Positions 46,857 to 56,318 of a DNA stretch of 64,000 nt are shown here, piece by piece. Position 1 is the first letter of the stretch. The number at the start of each line of letters is the position of its first letter. The DNA is taken from the NCBI GenBank assembly GCA_045660185.1, contig JAZRDI010000021.1:8870-72869 (forward strand). Reading direction: 5' to 3'. Made by a program: the position numbers and the translations under genes. This DNA comes from Eubacteriales bacterium (GTDB lineage: Bacteria > Bacillota > Clostridia > Oscillospirales > CAG-272). Under the pieces are notes generated by a model. It made no database searches. It was not told the origin of the DNA and was given only the letters and a program-made list of their open reading frames with translations.

Positions 46857-48419
46857 ATGAAAAAATTTTTGAATTTTATGTTTTCGCGCTACGCCTTGTC
46901 TGCGGTATTTATATTGGCGGAGCTTGCCATTCTTATATACTTTCTTTTTTACGGATATACGTACTCAACCCTTCTCGTTATTTTGACGGGGATTATAGAC
47001 GTGCTCGTTATAGTTAGTCTTATAAACCGCGACACAAATCCCGAATTTAAGCTCACTTGGCTTGCGGTAGTTACCACGCTCCCGGTTATTGGCGGCGCGC
47101 TTTATATAATCTTTTCGCACAGACGCTTATCAAAGCGTGAGTCAAGATTGTTTTCGGGTATAGCAAGCGGACTTTTGGAAAATAAAAAAATCTCTTTAGA
47201 TGACACGCGCTCCATTGAAAATCTTAACACGTTATCAAGCATTTCCGACCTTGGCGGCGGGCGCGCGCTTTCGATATTGAAGGATGATGGGCTCTCATCC
47301 CTTTACTCCGGGTGCGAGGCTCATTATTACGATAGCGGAGAAACGTTTTTCGAAGCTATCGTTGAGAGAATAAAGGGAGCAAAAAGTTTCGTTTTTCTCG
47401 AATATTTCATAGTTGAGGAAGGCGCGCTTTGGCAGAGGATATACTCGGCGTTAAAGGAAAGAATAAGCGACGGTGTTGAAGTCAGATTGCTTTATGACGA
47501 TATAGGCTCTATGAGAACTCTTCCCGAAAGCTTTGATAGAAAAATGAGAAGCGAGGGGATTAACTGTTATCGCTTTGCGAAGGTGAACGCTCGACTGACA
47601 TCGTCGCATAACAACCGCGACCATAGAAAAATTTGCGTTATCGACGGAATCTATGCATTTACCGGCGGTGCGAATATTGCCGACGAATATACGAATGAAA
47701 AGGTGAGGTTTGGGCATTGGAAGGACGGTGGTATCGAGGTTATTGGTGATGCTGCTCGCGGATTTACGCGTCTGTTTCTGTTGCTTTACGATTTCACAGC
47801 GGGCGCGGTCAGCGATTACGAAAGATTTTTATCCTTGCCTTCAGCGGTTGAAGAAAAGACAAAATGTGACGGATATATGATTCCATTCGGTTCAGGGCCG
47901 TCTCCTGCTTATTTGGAGCCGGTAGGGAAGAACGTTTTGATGAGCTTGATTGAAATGTCGAATAAATATCTATACATCACAACGCCGTATTTAATAATAG
48001 ATTACGATCTTACCGAGGCATTGCGAAGCGCGGCAAAGCGAGGTGTTGACGTTCGCATAATAACTCCCTACGTTCCCGATAAGAAGCTTATTAAAATTAT
48101 GACGAAGGGCTCGTATCCTTATCTTTTGCAATCGGGGGTAAGAATATTCGAATATACTCCGGGCTTCATACACGAAAAGCTTGCGGTCTGCGATGATATA
48201 TGCGCGGTTTCGGGAACTGTAAATCTCGATTATCGAAGCCTTGTTCATCATTTTGAGGACGGCGTTTGGTTGTTTATGCATTCTGAAATTGAAAAAATGA
48301 GAGATAGCTTTTTGAAAACCGAAAATTCTTCTCACGAAATATTGGCGGAGGATGCGAGGCTTGGACCTGTTGAAAAAGCCGTGAAGAATCTCGTTAAAAT
48401 TTTCGCTCCGCTTTTATGA
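46857..48419 (+). CDS. cls: Cardiolipin synthase
   Basis: N-terminal TM segments; two HKD motifs (HRKICVID, HEKLAVCD). Confidence 0.9.
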   Translation: MKKFLNFMFSRYALSAVFILAELAILIYFLFYGYTYSTLLVILTGIIDVLVIVSLINRDTNPEFKLTWLAVVTTLPVIGGALYIIFSHRRLSKRESRLFSGIASGLLENKKISLDDTRSIENLNTLSSISDLGGGRALSILKDDGLSSLYSGCEAHYYDSGETFFEAIVERIKGAKSFVFLEYFIVEEGALWQRIYSALKERISDGVEVRLLYDDIGSMRTLPESFDRKMRSEGINCYRFAKVNARLTSSHNNRDHRKICVIDGIYAFTGGANIADEYTNEKVRFGHWKDGGIEVIGDAARGFTRLFLLLYDFTAGAVSDYERFLSLPSAVEEKTKCDGYMIPFGSGPSPAYLEPVGKNVLMSLIEMSNKYLYITTPYLIIDYDLTEALRSAAKRGVDVRIITPYVPDKKLIKIMTKGSYPYLLQSGVRIFEYTPGFIHEKLAVCDDICAVSGTVNLDYRSLVHHFEDGVWLFMHSEIEKMRDSFLKTENSSHEILAEDARLGPVEKAVKNLVKIFAPLL

Positions 48420-48613
48420 TTAAAAAACTGTTACTTTATTCCGTTTTGTTAAAATGTTTTTGCTCGATGCATTTTAAAGAGTAAAATGACTACTCAACGC
48501 TTTCAGATGAAGAAAAAACGGTCATTTGATACCGTTTTGGCAAAATAAAAAACGGTTGCTCAATACATTAGGTAAAGAACAACCGTCTTTTATTTATTGT
48601 GAGTAATTTTGTT

Positions 48614-49303
48614 TTATATAGATTCTATAGCGTAAACCACGCTCGGATATTCGTTGAGCTTTTTGATAACTTCGGGTAATGTTGTCTTGTTTTTGCGAGG
48701 TACAATTACTATTGCTTCTATTCCGACGTTGCCGGAGATTCCGCTTCTGGGAACTGTAACCTGTATATCGTGCGCTTGGTAATTTTTCTTAAGATAGTCA
48801 ATGCATTCGCGCACTGCGTTATCCTGTTTGATTTCAAGATAAACGCCGTAGTTTGAGCGATGATCGTTTATATGACGCTCAACTTTGCTTAAAATGATAA
48901 CTGTAAATAGTGAAATAAGGAAGGCCGCGATAGCGCCCTCATAGAAGCCCGCACCTGCCGAAAGGCCGATTGCGGCAGTAACCCAAAGTCCCGCGGCTGT
49001 TGTAAGACCTACTATTTGGAATCTTCCTTTAAGCATAATAGTTCCCGCGCCGAGGAAGCCTATTCCCGATATTACCTGCGCGCTGACACGAAGCGGATCG
49101 GAAATTTCAATTCCCAACTCGTAGCGTACAAAGAAACCTACCATTACCGTGAGCGCAGAGCCTATGCAAACGAGAATGTGCGTACGAAGTCCCGCTGCTC
49201 TTCTTTGTCTGCCTCGCTCAAGACCGATAAAGCCTCCAAGCACTGCTGCAAGGAAAAGACGTATCATTATTGTCCATATATTAAATTCTCTGAGCCATTC
49301 CAT
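48614..49303 (-). CDS. MgtC/SapB family protein
   Basis: GLER..AGLRTH, QVISGIGFLGAG and GLTTAA. Confidence 0.93.
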   Translation of the reverse strand: MEWLREFNIWTIMIRLFLAAVLGGFIGLERGRQRRAAGLRTHILVCIGSALTVMVGFFVRYELGIEISDPLRVSAQVISGIGFLGAGTIMLKGRFQIVGLTTAAGLWVTAAIGLSAGAGFYEGAIAAFLISLFTVIILSKVERHINDHRSNYGVYLEIKQDNAVRECIDYLKKNYQAHDIQVTVPRSGISGNVGIEAIVIVPRKNKTTLPEVIKKLNEYPSVVYAIESI

Positions 49304-49746
49304 AAGAATACCTCCTTTTTATTCGTAGTGGTTATAGTATATATAAAAAGGTAAATTACCTTTTCGCAGCATATTTTTCGGTTGGTTGAAAAGTTTTAGC
49401 TGTTTTTGATATTGTATATTCGTTTATGTACACAATAAATTGCAGTATAAGAACTTTAAAGTTTTTGTGCGTTTTTGGCTACTAAAAACTATATGCTGCA
49501 ATCACTATGCTATGCATGGCGATAATATATTGTATCACCTATTGTCAAAAAAGTCAACTTGAAATAATTTATTCTTAAAAAGAGAGCGTATTTTGATTAA
49601 AACACGAGCAGTTTTGTAGATTATTTGCCAATTGATATGTATTGACTTTTTTCGCGGTTTAAGTTATATTATTTGTAAAGTATATACGTTGGTTGAATTG
49701 TTATAAAGAATATATGCAGTTTAACGCTTTAAGATTGGAGAAGAAT

Positions 49747-50406
49747 ATGGTAACTTATAAATTGATAAAGGAAAACGAAGCGATTAAAACCTATATAGAG
49801 CGCGCAGATGCTTCGCTAAAGGCGCTTGGATACACCGAGCATTCCTATGCTCACGTTGGTATTGTTGCAAAAAGATCTTCGGAGATTCTTTTTGGGCTTG
49901 GATATGTCGAGAGGGAGCTTGAGCTTGTCAAAATAGCTGCGCATTTGCACGATATAGGAAACGTAGTAAACAGAGTTGATCACTCACAGTCCGGAGCGCT
50001 TATCGCGTTTAGAATACTCGATAATCTTGGTATGGATGCTGACGAAATAGCCGAAATTGTGACCGCGATAGGAAATCACGATGAGGGAACCGGAGTTCCC
50101 GTAAGTCCACTTGCGGCGGCTCTTATAATAGCAGACAAGTCCGACGTGCGCCGAAGCCGTGTGAGAAATAACGATTTTTCAACCTTTGACATTCACGATA
50201 GGGTGAATTATTCTGTAACCGATTCAAGTCTTTTGTTAAATGCAGATACAAAGGTGATTTCGCTTTATTTAACAGTTGATACGAACATTAGCTCAATAAT
50301 GGATTATTTTGAAATATTTCTCGTCAGAATGAAGCTTTGCAGAAAAGCCGCAGATGCGCTCGGACTTGAATTTGAGTTGGTCATAAATGGGCAAAAGTTT
50401 TTGTGA
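49747..50406 (+). CDS. HD domain phosphohydrolase
   Basis: TEH..H, LHDIGN, NHD and ADK; ATG 49747 after ggag; promoter TTGACT-17-TATATT at 49642-49670. Confidence 0.88.
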   Translation: MVTYKLIKENEAIKTYIERADASLKALGYTEHSYAHVGIVAKRSSEILFGLGYVERELELVKIAAHLHDIGNVVNRVDHSQSGALIAFRILDNLGMDADEIAEIVTAIGNHDEGTGVPVSPLAAALIIADKSDVRRSRVRNNDFSTFDIHDRVNYSVTDSSLLLNADTKVISLYLTVDTNISSIMDYFEIFLVRMKLCRKAADALGLEFELVINGQKFL

Positions 50407-50527
50407 TGTTAAAGATTAAAGTTTGGAAAACGTTTTTGTCTGTTTTGCATTAGACATATTATATAGATACTCGTTGTGTCATCCTTTTTCGAAAAGCGTA
50501 TAATGAAAAGAGAATAAAGGAGAAAGG

Positions 50528-51217
50528 ATGATATATATGAAGCTTGGTAAAATAAATTTTGGAAAAAACTTTGAGAATAGGAGATACCGAAGTTCTTTTC
50601 ATCGCAATGAATCGGCAGCGTGTAACAGCAATGCGAGCAATATAAGTGGTGATACGTGTCAAAAAAACAACTGTTCCGACATGGGCGGTAATTGCAACGG
50701 AGGATGCGGATGCTCTAAAAACGGTTGGTATAACCCTCAACATAACGCGCAGATGAAAAGCACTGACGGTTCGCCTATGCCAAATTCTTGGCGTGATAAT
50801 CAAAACGCTCCGAAATGCACCTCGGGCGCAATGCGTGACAGAGGAAACGAGCCGATAGTGTTTGATATACGAAAAGAAGCTTATATGACGCCTGATTTTA
50901 GAACTGCTCTTTGGACAGGCGGAAATCTTCAGTTAGTATTAATGACCATACCCGTGGGAGAAGAAATCGGGGTTGAAAGGCATGAGGGGATAGATCAGTT
51001 AATAGGTGTGATTTCGGGCACGGGCGAGGTTGTGTTCGGAAATCGCGAGAATTTTTTTGCGCCACCCTTGCCTCTTGATGCTCATAGCGTGATTTTGATT
51101 CCTTCCGGTACGTATCATAACGTTAAAAACGTTGGAATGACTCCGTTGAAGCTTTATTCCGTTTACGCGCCGAAGGCTCATAAGTTTGGAACTGTAGATA
51201 AAACAAAAGCGGAATGA
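50528..51217 (+). CDS. Cupin domain protein with Cys/Asn/Gly-rich N-terminal extension
   Basis: FRTALWTG..IGVERH..DQ and IPSGTYHNV..KLYSVYAP. Confidence 0.82.
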   Translation: MIYMKLGKINFGKNFENRRYRSSFHRNESAACNSNASNISGDTCQKNNCSDMGGNCNGGCGCSKNGWYNPQHNAQMKSTDGSPMPNSWRDNQNAPKCTSGAMRDRGNEPIVFDIRKEAYMTPDFRTALWTGGNLQLVLMTIPVGEEIGVERHEGIDQLIGVISGTGEVVFGNRENFFAPPLPLDAHSVILIPSGTYHNVKNVGMTPLKLYSVYAPKAHKFGTVDKTKAE

Positions 51218-51240
51218 AATGTAATAAACAGTAAAAATAA

Positions 51241-51272
51241 AAGCAGAGATGTCGGTTGCACCTCTGCTTTTT
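51241..51272. terminator. Bidirectional terminator
   Basis: aaagcagag..ctctgctttt between convergent genes. Confidence 0.7.
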
Positions 51273-51293
51273 GCTGTATATGGAAACTAAAGT

Positions 51294-52139
51294 TTACTTA
51301 TTTTGTGGTTTTTTGAATAAAAGTCCTTTTTCGTTAAGGTAGTTTGTCATTGGGTACACCCAATCGGTTTGAATAAAATCGAATCCTTTTCTTGCAAGCC
51401 AGCCCCAGCTTCCGTCGGGGTCTCCGCAGATTGCGGTGTCATCAGAATGCCCTGCGGCAATCTGAGCCTTGTAGTTGTAAATTATAGAGTTTGCCCAAAC
51501 GAGAATTCCGTCGTTGTGCATGCGCTCGATGAATGCCTCGCTGCAGACCTCGTCGTCATCGTCGAAGAAAAGACATTCTGTTCCAACGTAATTAATACCG
51601 CTCTCCAAAAGCTCGCGGTGGCGAGGATGAGTCTTTTGAACTATCGGCATATAGGCGATATCAGGGGCGAGATTTTTAAGAACGCTTATAACGTTATCGT
51701 CTATTGCGGATTTAACGAGGATTTGGTCCGTCATATTATGACGCTTTATCTGTTTGTAAATTTCTTCCGGATGCCCCCAAAATTTATCGACGTTTATAAA
51801 GCACCTGCCCTTAAATTCTTCAAGAACCTCTTCGAGCGTGTTAACTTTAAACTGTGTTGGAGTATTATCGTAGTTGATATATCTTAAAGTGCTTATTTCT
51901 TCTGCGGTTAAATCGGGAAGTCTTGCTTTTACGCCTAAAAACGGAGACTCCATTCCGGGATGAAAAATCAAAAGCTTTCCGTCGCGGCTCATTTCAACGT
52001 CTATTTCTATCATATCCGCGCCCGCGGTTAACGCGGCGTTATATGCAGGAATAGTGTTGCAAGGGATGTTTCCGCCAAACATACCTCTGTGCGCGACTAC
52101 TATGATTTTTTCTTTGGCTTTTTCTCTTAAGTCAAACAT
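51294..52139 (-). CDS. Glycerophosphodiester phosphodiesterase family protein
   Basis: VAHRG, EIDV..SRDG..H and IQTD; ATG 52139 after gaggag. Confidence 0.88.
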   Translation of the reverse strand: MFDLREKAKEKIIVVAHRGMFGGNIPCNTIPAYNAALTAGADMIEIDVEMSRDGKLLIFHPGMESPFLGVKARLPDLTAEEISTLRYINYDNTPTQFKVNTLEEVLEEFKGRCFINVDKFWGHPEEIYKQIKRHNMTDQILVKSAIDDNVISVLKNLAPDIAYMPIVQKTHPRHRELLESGINYVGTECLFFDDDDEVCSEAFIERMHNDGILVWANSIIYNYKAQIAAGHSDDTAICGDPDGSWGWLARKGFDFIQTDWVYPMTNYLNEKGLLFKKPQNK

Positions 52140-52193
52140 TTTTGTTCTCCTCGAATCAAAGGTTTTACAACGCAACTCGGTTTTTATTAGAGG

Positions 52194-52739
52194 TTATCTG
52201 AAAAGCTCGATAAAATCGTGAGTTTCGTAAATTTCGCCCTCGCCCGTGTTGCTTCCTCTTGAAAGCTCTACTCGTTCACCGCCAACGCTTCTCGTAATTT
52301 TCGCAGGAAGAGGAGTATTTAAGAGTATAACTCTTGCCTGCGGAAGCTTTCTATATTCTTCGGGAAGCTTATACTTAAAATTGTAAGGCTTTTTCTTTTT
52401 TTTCGTGTAGTTTACGTTAGGGGTGTTTAAAGAATCTTTTTTTCCAAACGTTTTTATCTCGTACGTGCTTTTGTCCACAAAATTGAGAAACACTCTCGAG
52501 GACATAAGGCTTATAACTCTTACGGAAATTATTCTTCCGTCGTAAAGAACGTGAAAATCGCAGTTGGGGTTTCCTATATCGCTCACGTACCAGAACGTGC
52601 GCGTGGGGATAAGCTTACCGCCCGCTTGCTCAATAGCGCGTCGCATTGCCGCGCCCTCGGACCCCTTTTTTGTTATCGTTATGAGCAACGGAAGCGAGCT
52701 GAATATCATAACGAGCACGAATATGTATAAAAGAAGCAT
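52194..52739 (-). CDS. Hypothetical membrane-anchored protein
   Basis: N-terminal hydrophobic helix, ggag RBS, co-oriented in operon. Confidence 0.7.
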   Translation of the reverse strand: MLLLYIFVLVMIFSSLPLLITITKKGSEGAAMRRAIEQAGGKLIPTRTFWYVSDIGNPNCDFHVLYDGRIISVRVISLMSSRVFLNFVDKSTYEIKTFGKKDSLNTPNVNYTKKKKKPYNFKYKLPEEYRKLPQARVILLNTPLPAKITRSVGGERVELSRGSNTGEGEIYETHDFIELFR

Positions 52740-52788
52740 GGTTTACTCCGTTTTTAAAATTTTTTTAAGATGCTTTGATTGGGTTGTT

Positions 52789-53373
52789 TTATCCGAAGAA
52801 GAAAATCTTGAATCCTATAGCTATAAGAACCGAGCCGCCGAGTATTGCCGCTTTGTCTGCAAGCTTTGTGCCGAATCTCTTACCTATCTCTATTCCGGCA
52901 TAGCATATTGCAAGAGTGAGCGCGGCTATTAATGACGATTCGAGAAGTGCCTCGCCGAAATTAAGCTCTGAAATGGTAAGACCTACGGATAAAGCGTCTA
53001 TAGAGGTTGCTATACCCTGAACTAAAAGAGCGGGTATTGTGAGATTGTGGTCACAGCCGCAATCCTCTTCATCGTCCTCGCACTCGCATGGTTTGAGTCC
53101 TTCGAGTAGCATTTTGCCTCCGATGAAAATAAGAAGCGCGAGCGCCGCCCAAGGAATGAAGCTTTGTATCGCGTTAAATACCGAAGTGAGTCTTGTTACC
53201 AAAAACCAGCCTATCAAAGGCATAACACCTTGGAAGAGTGCAAAGGTTCCTGCCACTGCAAGCATTTTTTTCTTGTTCATTTTTGGCTCGTTAAGTCCGT
53301 TTGCCAAGGATACCGAGAAGGCGTCCATAGCAAGTCCAAATCCGAGCATACAACCATTTACGATAATTTTCAT
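52789..53373 (-). CDS. mntP: Manganese efflux pump MntP family protein
   Basis: LAMDAFSVS and ATSIDALSVG duplicated DUF204-type motifs. Confidence 0.88.
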   Translation of the reverse strand: MKIIVNGCMLGFGLAMDAFSVSLANGLNEPKMNKKKMLAVAGTFALFQGVMPLIGWFLVTRLTSVFNAIQSFIPWAALALLIFIGGKMLLEGLKPCECEDDEEDCGCDHNLTIPALLVQGIATSIDALSVGLTISELNFGEALLESSLIAALTLAICYAGIEIGKRFGTKLADKAAILGGSVLIAIGFKIFFFG

Positions 53374-53386
53374 TTTTTCTCCTGTA

Positions 53387-54115
53387 TCAGTTGTTTTTTA
53401 AAATGTCACTTATAATGTCACGAACAACCTCTCCCGCAATCAATAGTCCTGCCACTGATGGAACGAAGGATATACTTGCTGGTATTGGCTTGCTTGAAAG
53501 GCCGGGACCTTCGCTCGATTTTAAAGGCTTTATCGGTTCTTCTTTGGAATAAAGTACCTTAAGACTCTTTATTCCGCGCTTTTTTAATTCCGCGCGCATT
53601 ACGCGAGCTAACGGGCAGACCGACGTTTTGTATATATCTGTTATTTCGAATTTTGACGCATCAAGCTTGTTTCCCGTACCCATTGAAGCTATGATGGGAA
53701 CACCCGCTTCTTTGCATTTTTCGACAAGCGCAATTTTTGCGGATACCGTATCTATCGCATCAACGACATAAGAATATTTTGAAAAGTCGATTTTTTCTGC
53801 GTTCTCCTTCGTTACGAAAAACGTGTGCTTCGTGATCTTGCAGTCGGGGTTAATTGAAAGTATTCTTTTTTCAAAGGCGTCGGTTTTGTATTGACCAAGC
53901 GTTTCATAGGTCGCGATCATTTGTCTGTTGATATTTGATTCCGCTACCGTATCGCTATCGAATATTGAAACTGCACCCACTCCTGCTCTGACAAGCGCGT
54001 CTAAAGCGTGTCCTCCGACTCCGCCAAGTCCGAATATGGCAACGTGAGCGTTGTGTAGCTTGCTTACCGCATTCTCACCGATAAGCATCAGTGTTCTGTT
54101 TTCGCGTTCTGACAT
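53387..54115 (-). CDS. tcdA: tRNA threonylcarbamoyladenosine dehydratase (ThiF family)
   Basis: GLGGVG, SNINRQ, DAID and MGTGNK..T..CPLAR. Confidence 0.88.
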   Translation of the reverse strand: MSERENRTLMLIGENAVSKLHNAHVAIFGLGGVGGHALDALVRAGVGAVSIFDSDTVAESNINRQMIATYETLGQYKTDAFEKRILSINPDCKITKHTFFVTKENAEKIDFSKYSYVVDAIDTVSAKIALVEKCKEAGVPIIASMGTGNKLDASKFEITDIYKTSVCPLARVMRAELKKRGIKSLKVLYSKEEPIKPLKSSEGPGLSSKPIPASISFVPSVAGLLIAGEVVRDIISDILKNN

Positions 54116-54175
54116 AGAACTCCTTTTATGAGGGTTTTGCCCGAAAATTTGTAATTATATGAAAATCACCTGTAT

Positions 54176-54241
54176 ATTTTAACACTTCGACGCGATATTG
54201 TCAATAAAGAGCTTGATTTATTTTATCGAATGTGTTAAAAT
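54176..54241. promoter_or_regulatory. Back-to-back sigma-A promoters (tcdA and comM)
   Basis: Minus strand TTGACA-17-TAAAAT 54204-54176; plus strand TTGATT-17-TAAAAT 54213-54241. Confidence 0.7.
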
Positions 54242-54282
54242 CTTAAGGTAACTACTTAAATATATTGCGAGGAGTGACTTTT

Positions 54283-55827
54283 ATGCTTTCAACAATTTAT
54301 TCGTCCGGTGTTGTCGGTATTGACGGATTTGAAATAGTAGTGGAGTGTTGTACGTGGAACAGACTTCCAAAATTTGAGCTTGTCGGACTTCCCGATACTG
54401 CCGTTAAAGAGGCAAAAAACAGAGTTCAAAGCGCATGCGAGAACAGCGGGATAAAATTTCCCTCACTTGATATTATGATAAATTTAGCGCCTGCAGATTG
54501 CAAAAAAGAGGGAACTGCGTTAGACCTTGCAATACTTTGCTCAATTTTGCACAGTGATGGAATAATCCCGAGAGACGTGGATTTTTCGGATAAATGCCTT
54601 GTAGGCGAGCTCTCGCTGTCGGGCGAGCTTCGAGGTGTAAGGGGTGTTTTGCCTATGACGGTATCTGCGAAAGAGGCGGGCCGACGTGAGATTTACGTTC
54701 CAAAGGAGAACGCGGGTGAGGCTGCTGTGGTAAGCGGTATAAAGGTGTTCGCAATTGACACGCTTCGTGACTTAATAGAGCATTTTAAAGGTAAAAAGCT
54801 TATTGCTCCCGAACCGGAGGGCGCAGGACTTTATAACTTGTCCGAGAGAACGTTCTCGGGGGATTTCTCAGAGGTCAGAGGTCAGCTGAAGGCAAAGCGC
54901 GCGTTGGAAATAGCTGCCGCGGGCGGTCATAATATTCTTATGATAGGACCTCCCGGCGCAGGAAAATCCATGCTTGCGAAAAGAATACCGTCGATTTTGC
55001 CCGATTTAACGCTTGACGAGGCTATAGAAACAACTAAGGTTCACTCGGTTGTTGGAGCACTTTCAAAAAATCTTATTACAGAGCGTCCTTTCCGTTCCCC
55101 ACATCACACGGTAACGCCCATCGGCTTGGTTGGCGGTGGATTGCATCCCGCCCCGGGCGAGATTTCTCTTGCTCATAACGGTGTTCTTTTTCTTGACGAA
55201 TTTCCCGAATTTCCCAAAAAGGTTACCGACGCTATGCGTCAGCCGATAGAAGACGGAAAGGTGACTGTTATTCGTGCTTTGGCGAAGGTTACATTCCCTT
55301 CGAGGTTTATGATGGTTTGCGCGATGAACCCGTGTAAATGCGGATTTTTCGGTTCTCCCGACAAGATGTGTACTTGCACACCCGCATCGCGAAAGCAATA
55401 TCTCGATAGAATAAGCGGTCCGATGCTTGACAGAATAGATATAGAAATTGAGCTTCCCGCAGTGTCTTACGCTGAAATCTCCGGAAAGACAAAAGAAGGC
55501 GAGCCTTCGAAAAACATCCGTGAGCGTGTTAATTCTGCGCGTGAATTTGCTAAACAAAGACTTCTTAAGCTTGGAGTTACTAAAACCATTCTCAACGGAG
55601 ATCTGGAGGGCGATCTTTTCAGAAAGACATGCACTCCTTCGGAAGAGGGGCAGGAATTGATGAAGGAAGCGTTCGAAACTCTCGGTCTTTCGGCAAGAGG
55701 ACACGATAGAGTTCTTAAAGTCGCAAGAACGATAGCGGACCTTGAAGGAGCAGACGTTATTGGAGAGGATCACATAGCCGAAGCAATTATGTACCGTTCG
55801 CTTGATAGAAAATATTGGAAAAAATAA
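54283..55827 (+). CDS. comM: YifB/ComM Mg-chelatase-like AAA+ ATPase
   Basis: VGLPD..VKE, GPPGAGKS, RPFRSPHH, LFLDE and ARTIADL. Confidence 0.92.
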   Translation: MLSTIYSSGVVGIDGFEIVVECCTWNRLPKFELVGLPDTAVKEAKNRVQSACENSGIKFPSLDIMINLAPADCKKEGTALDLAILCSILHSDGIIPRDVDFSDKCLVGELSLSGELRGVRGVLPMTVSAKEAGRREIYVPKENAGEAAVVSGIKVFAIDTLRDLIEHFKGKKLIAPEPEGAGLYNLSERTFSGDFSEVRGQLKAKRALEIAAAGGHNILMIGPPGAGKSMLAKRIPSILPDLTLDEAIETTKVHSVVGALSKNLITERPFRSPHHTVTPIGLVGGGLHPAPGEISLAHNGVLFLDEFPEFPKKVTDAMRQPIEDGKVTVIRALAKVTFPSRFMMVCAMNPCKCGFFGSPDKMCTCTPASRKQYLDRISGPMLDRIDIEIELPAVSYAEISGKTKEGEPSKNIRERVNSAREFAKQRLLKLGVTKTILNGDLEGDLFRKTCTPSEEGQELMKEAFETLGLSARGHDRVLKVARTIADLEGADVIGEDHIAEAIMYRSLDRKYWKK

Positions 55828-55926
55828 ATTCAGCAAAAAAGCAAAGACTTTTGGAGCGCGGTAAATCACTGTTCTTTAATTCTGCCGCTCTCTAACTAAT
55901 ATACAAAAGACTTTGTAAATAAACAC

Positions 55927-55965
55927 AAAATCCGTTTTTGTTCGTATTGGCAAAAACGGATTTTT
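55927..55965. terminator. Hairpin downstream of comM
   Basis: aaaatccgtttttg..caaaaacggatttt. Confidence 0.6.
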
Positions 55966-56248
55966 CTTTTGAAAAGCAAGAAAAAGAAAACAATTATTTA
56001 CAAAAAATAGCGTTATTTTGATTAAAAACTTGCTTAAGAGCCTTAAAACTGAGATAAAAAACGAGAGCAAAACACAAAATTGTTGGTGATTTTATTCTGA
56101 TTTTTACTCAAATTTAGCTGTTTGTTTGCGTTAAACAATCCAAAGGAAAGGTGATTATGTCCGATTTTTTTGATCTTTTACCTACAGGTTCATTTTTGTG
56201 CTAAAAGTAGAATTTTATGGTCAAAATAACCAAAATAATTAAAAAGCA

Positions 56249-56277
56249 TTGAAAGTATATAAAAATAATGGTATAAT
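56249..56277 (+). promoter_or_regulatory. Sigma-A promoter of the two-gene surface protein operon
   Basis: TTGAAA-17-TATAAT with extended TG. Confidence 0.75.
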
Positions 56278-56318
56278 ATTGGCAGTCATAAAATTTTTGA
56301 TATTTCTAAGGAGGAATT

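Noticed and set aside
49304-49640. M-box (ykoK) riboswitch upstream of the mgtC-like gene
   Set aside because: The region is AT-rich and I could not identify the conserved M-box sequence or structure.
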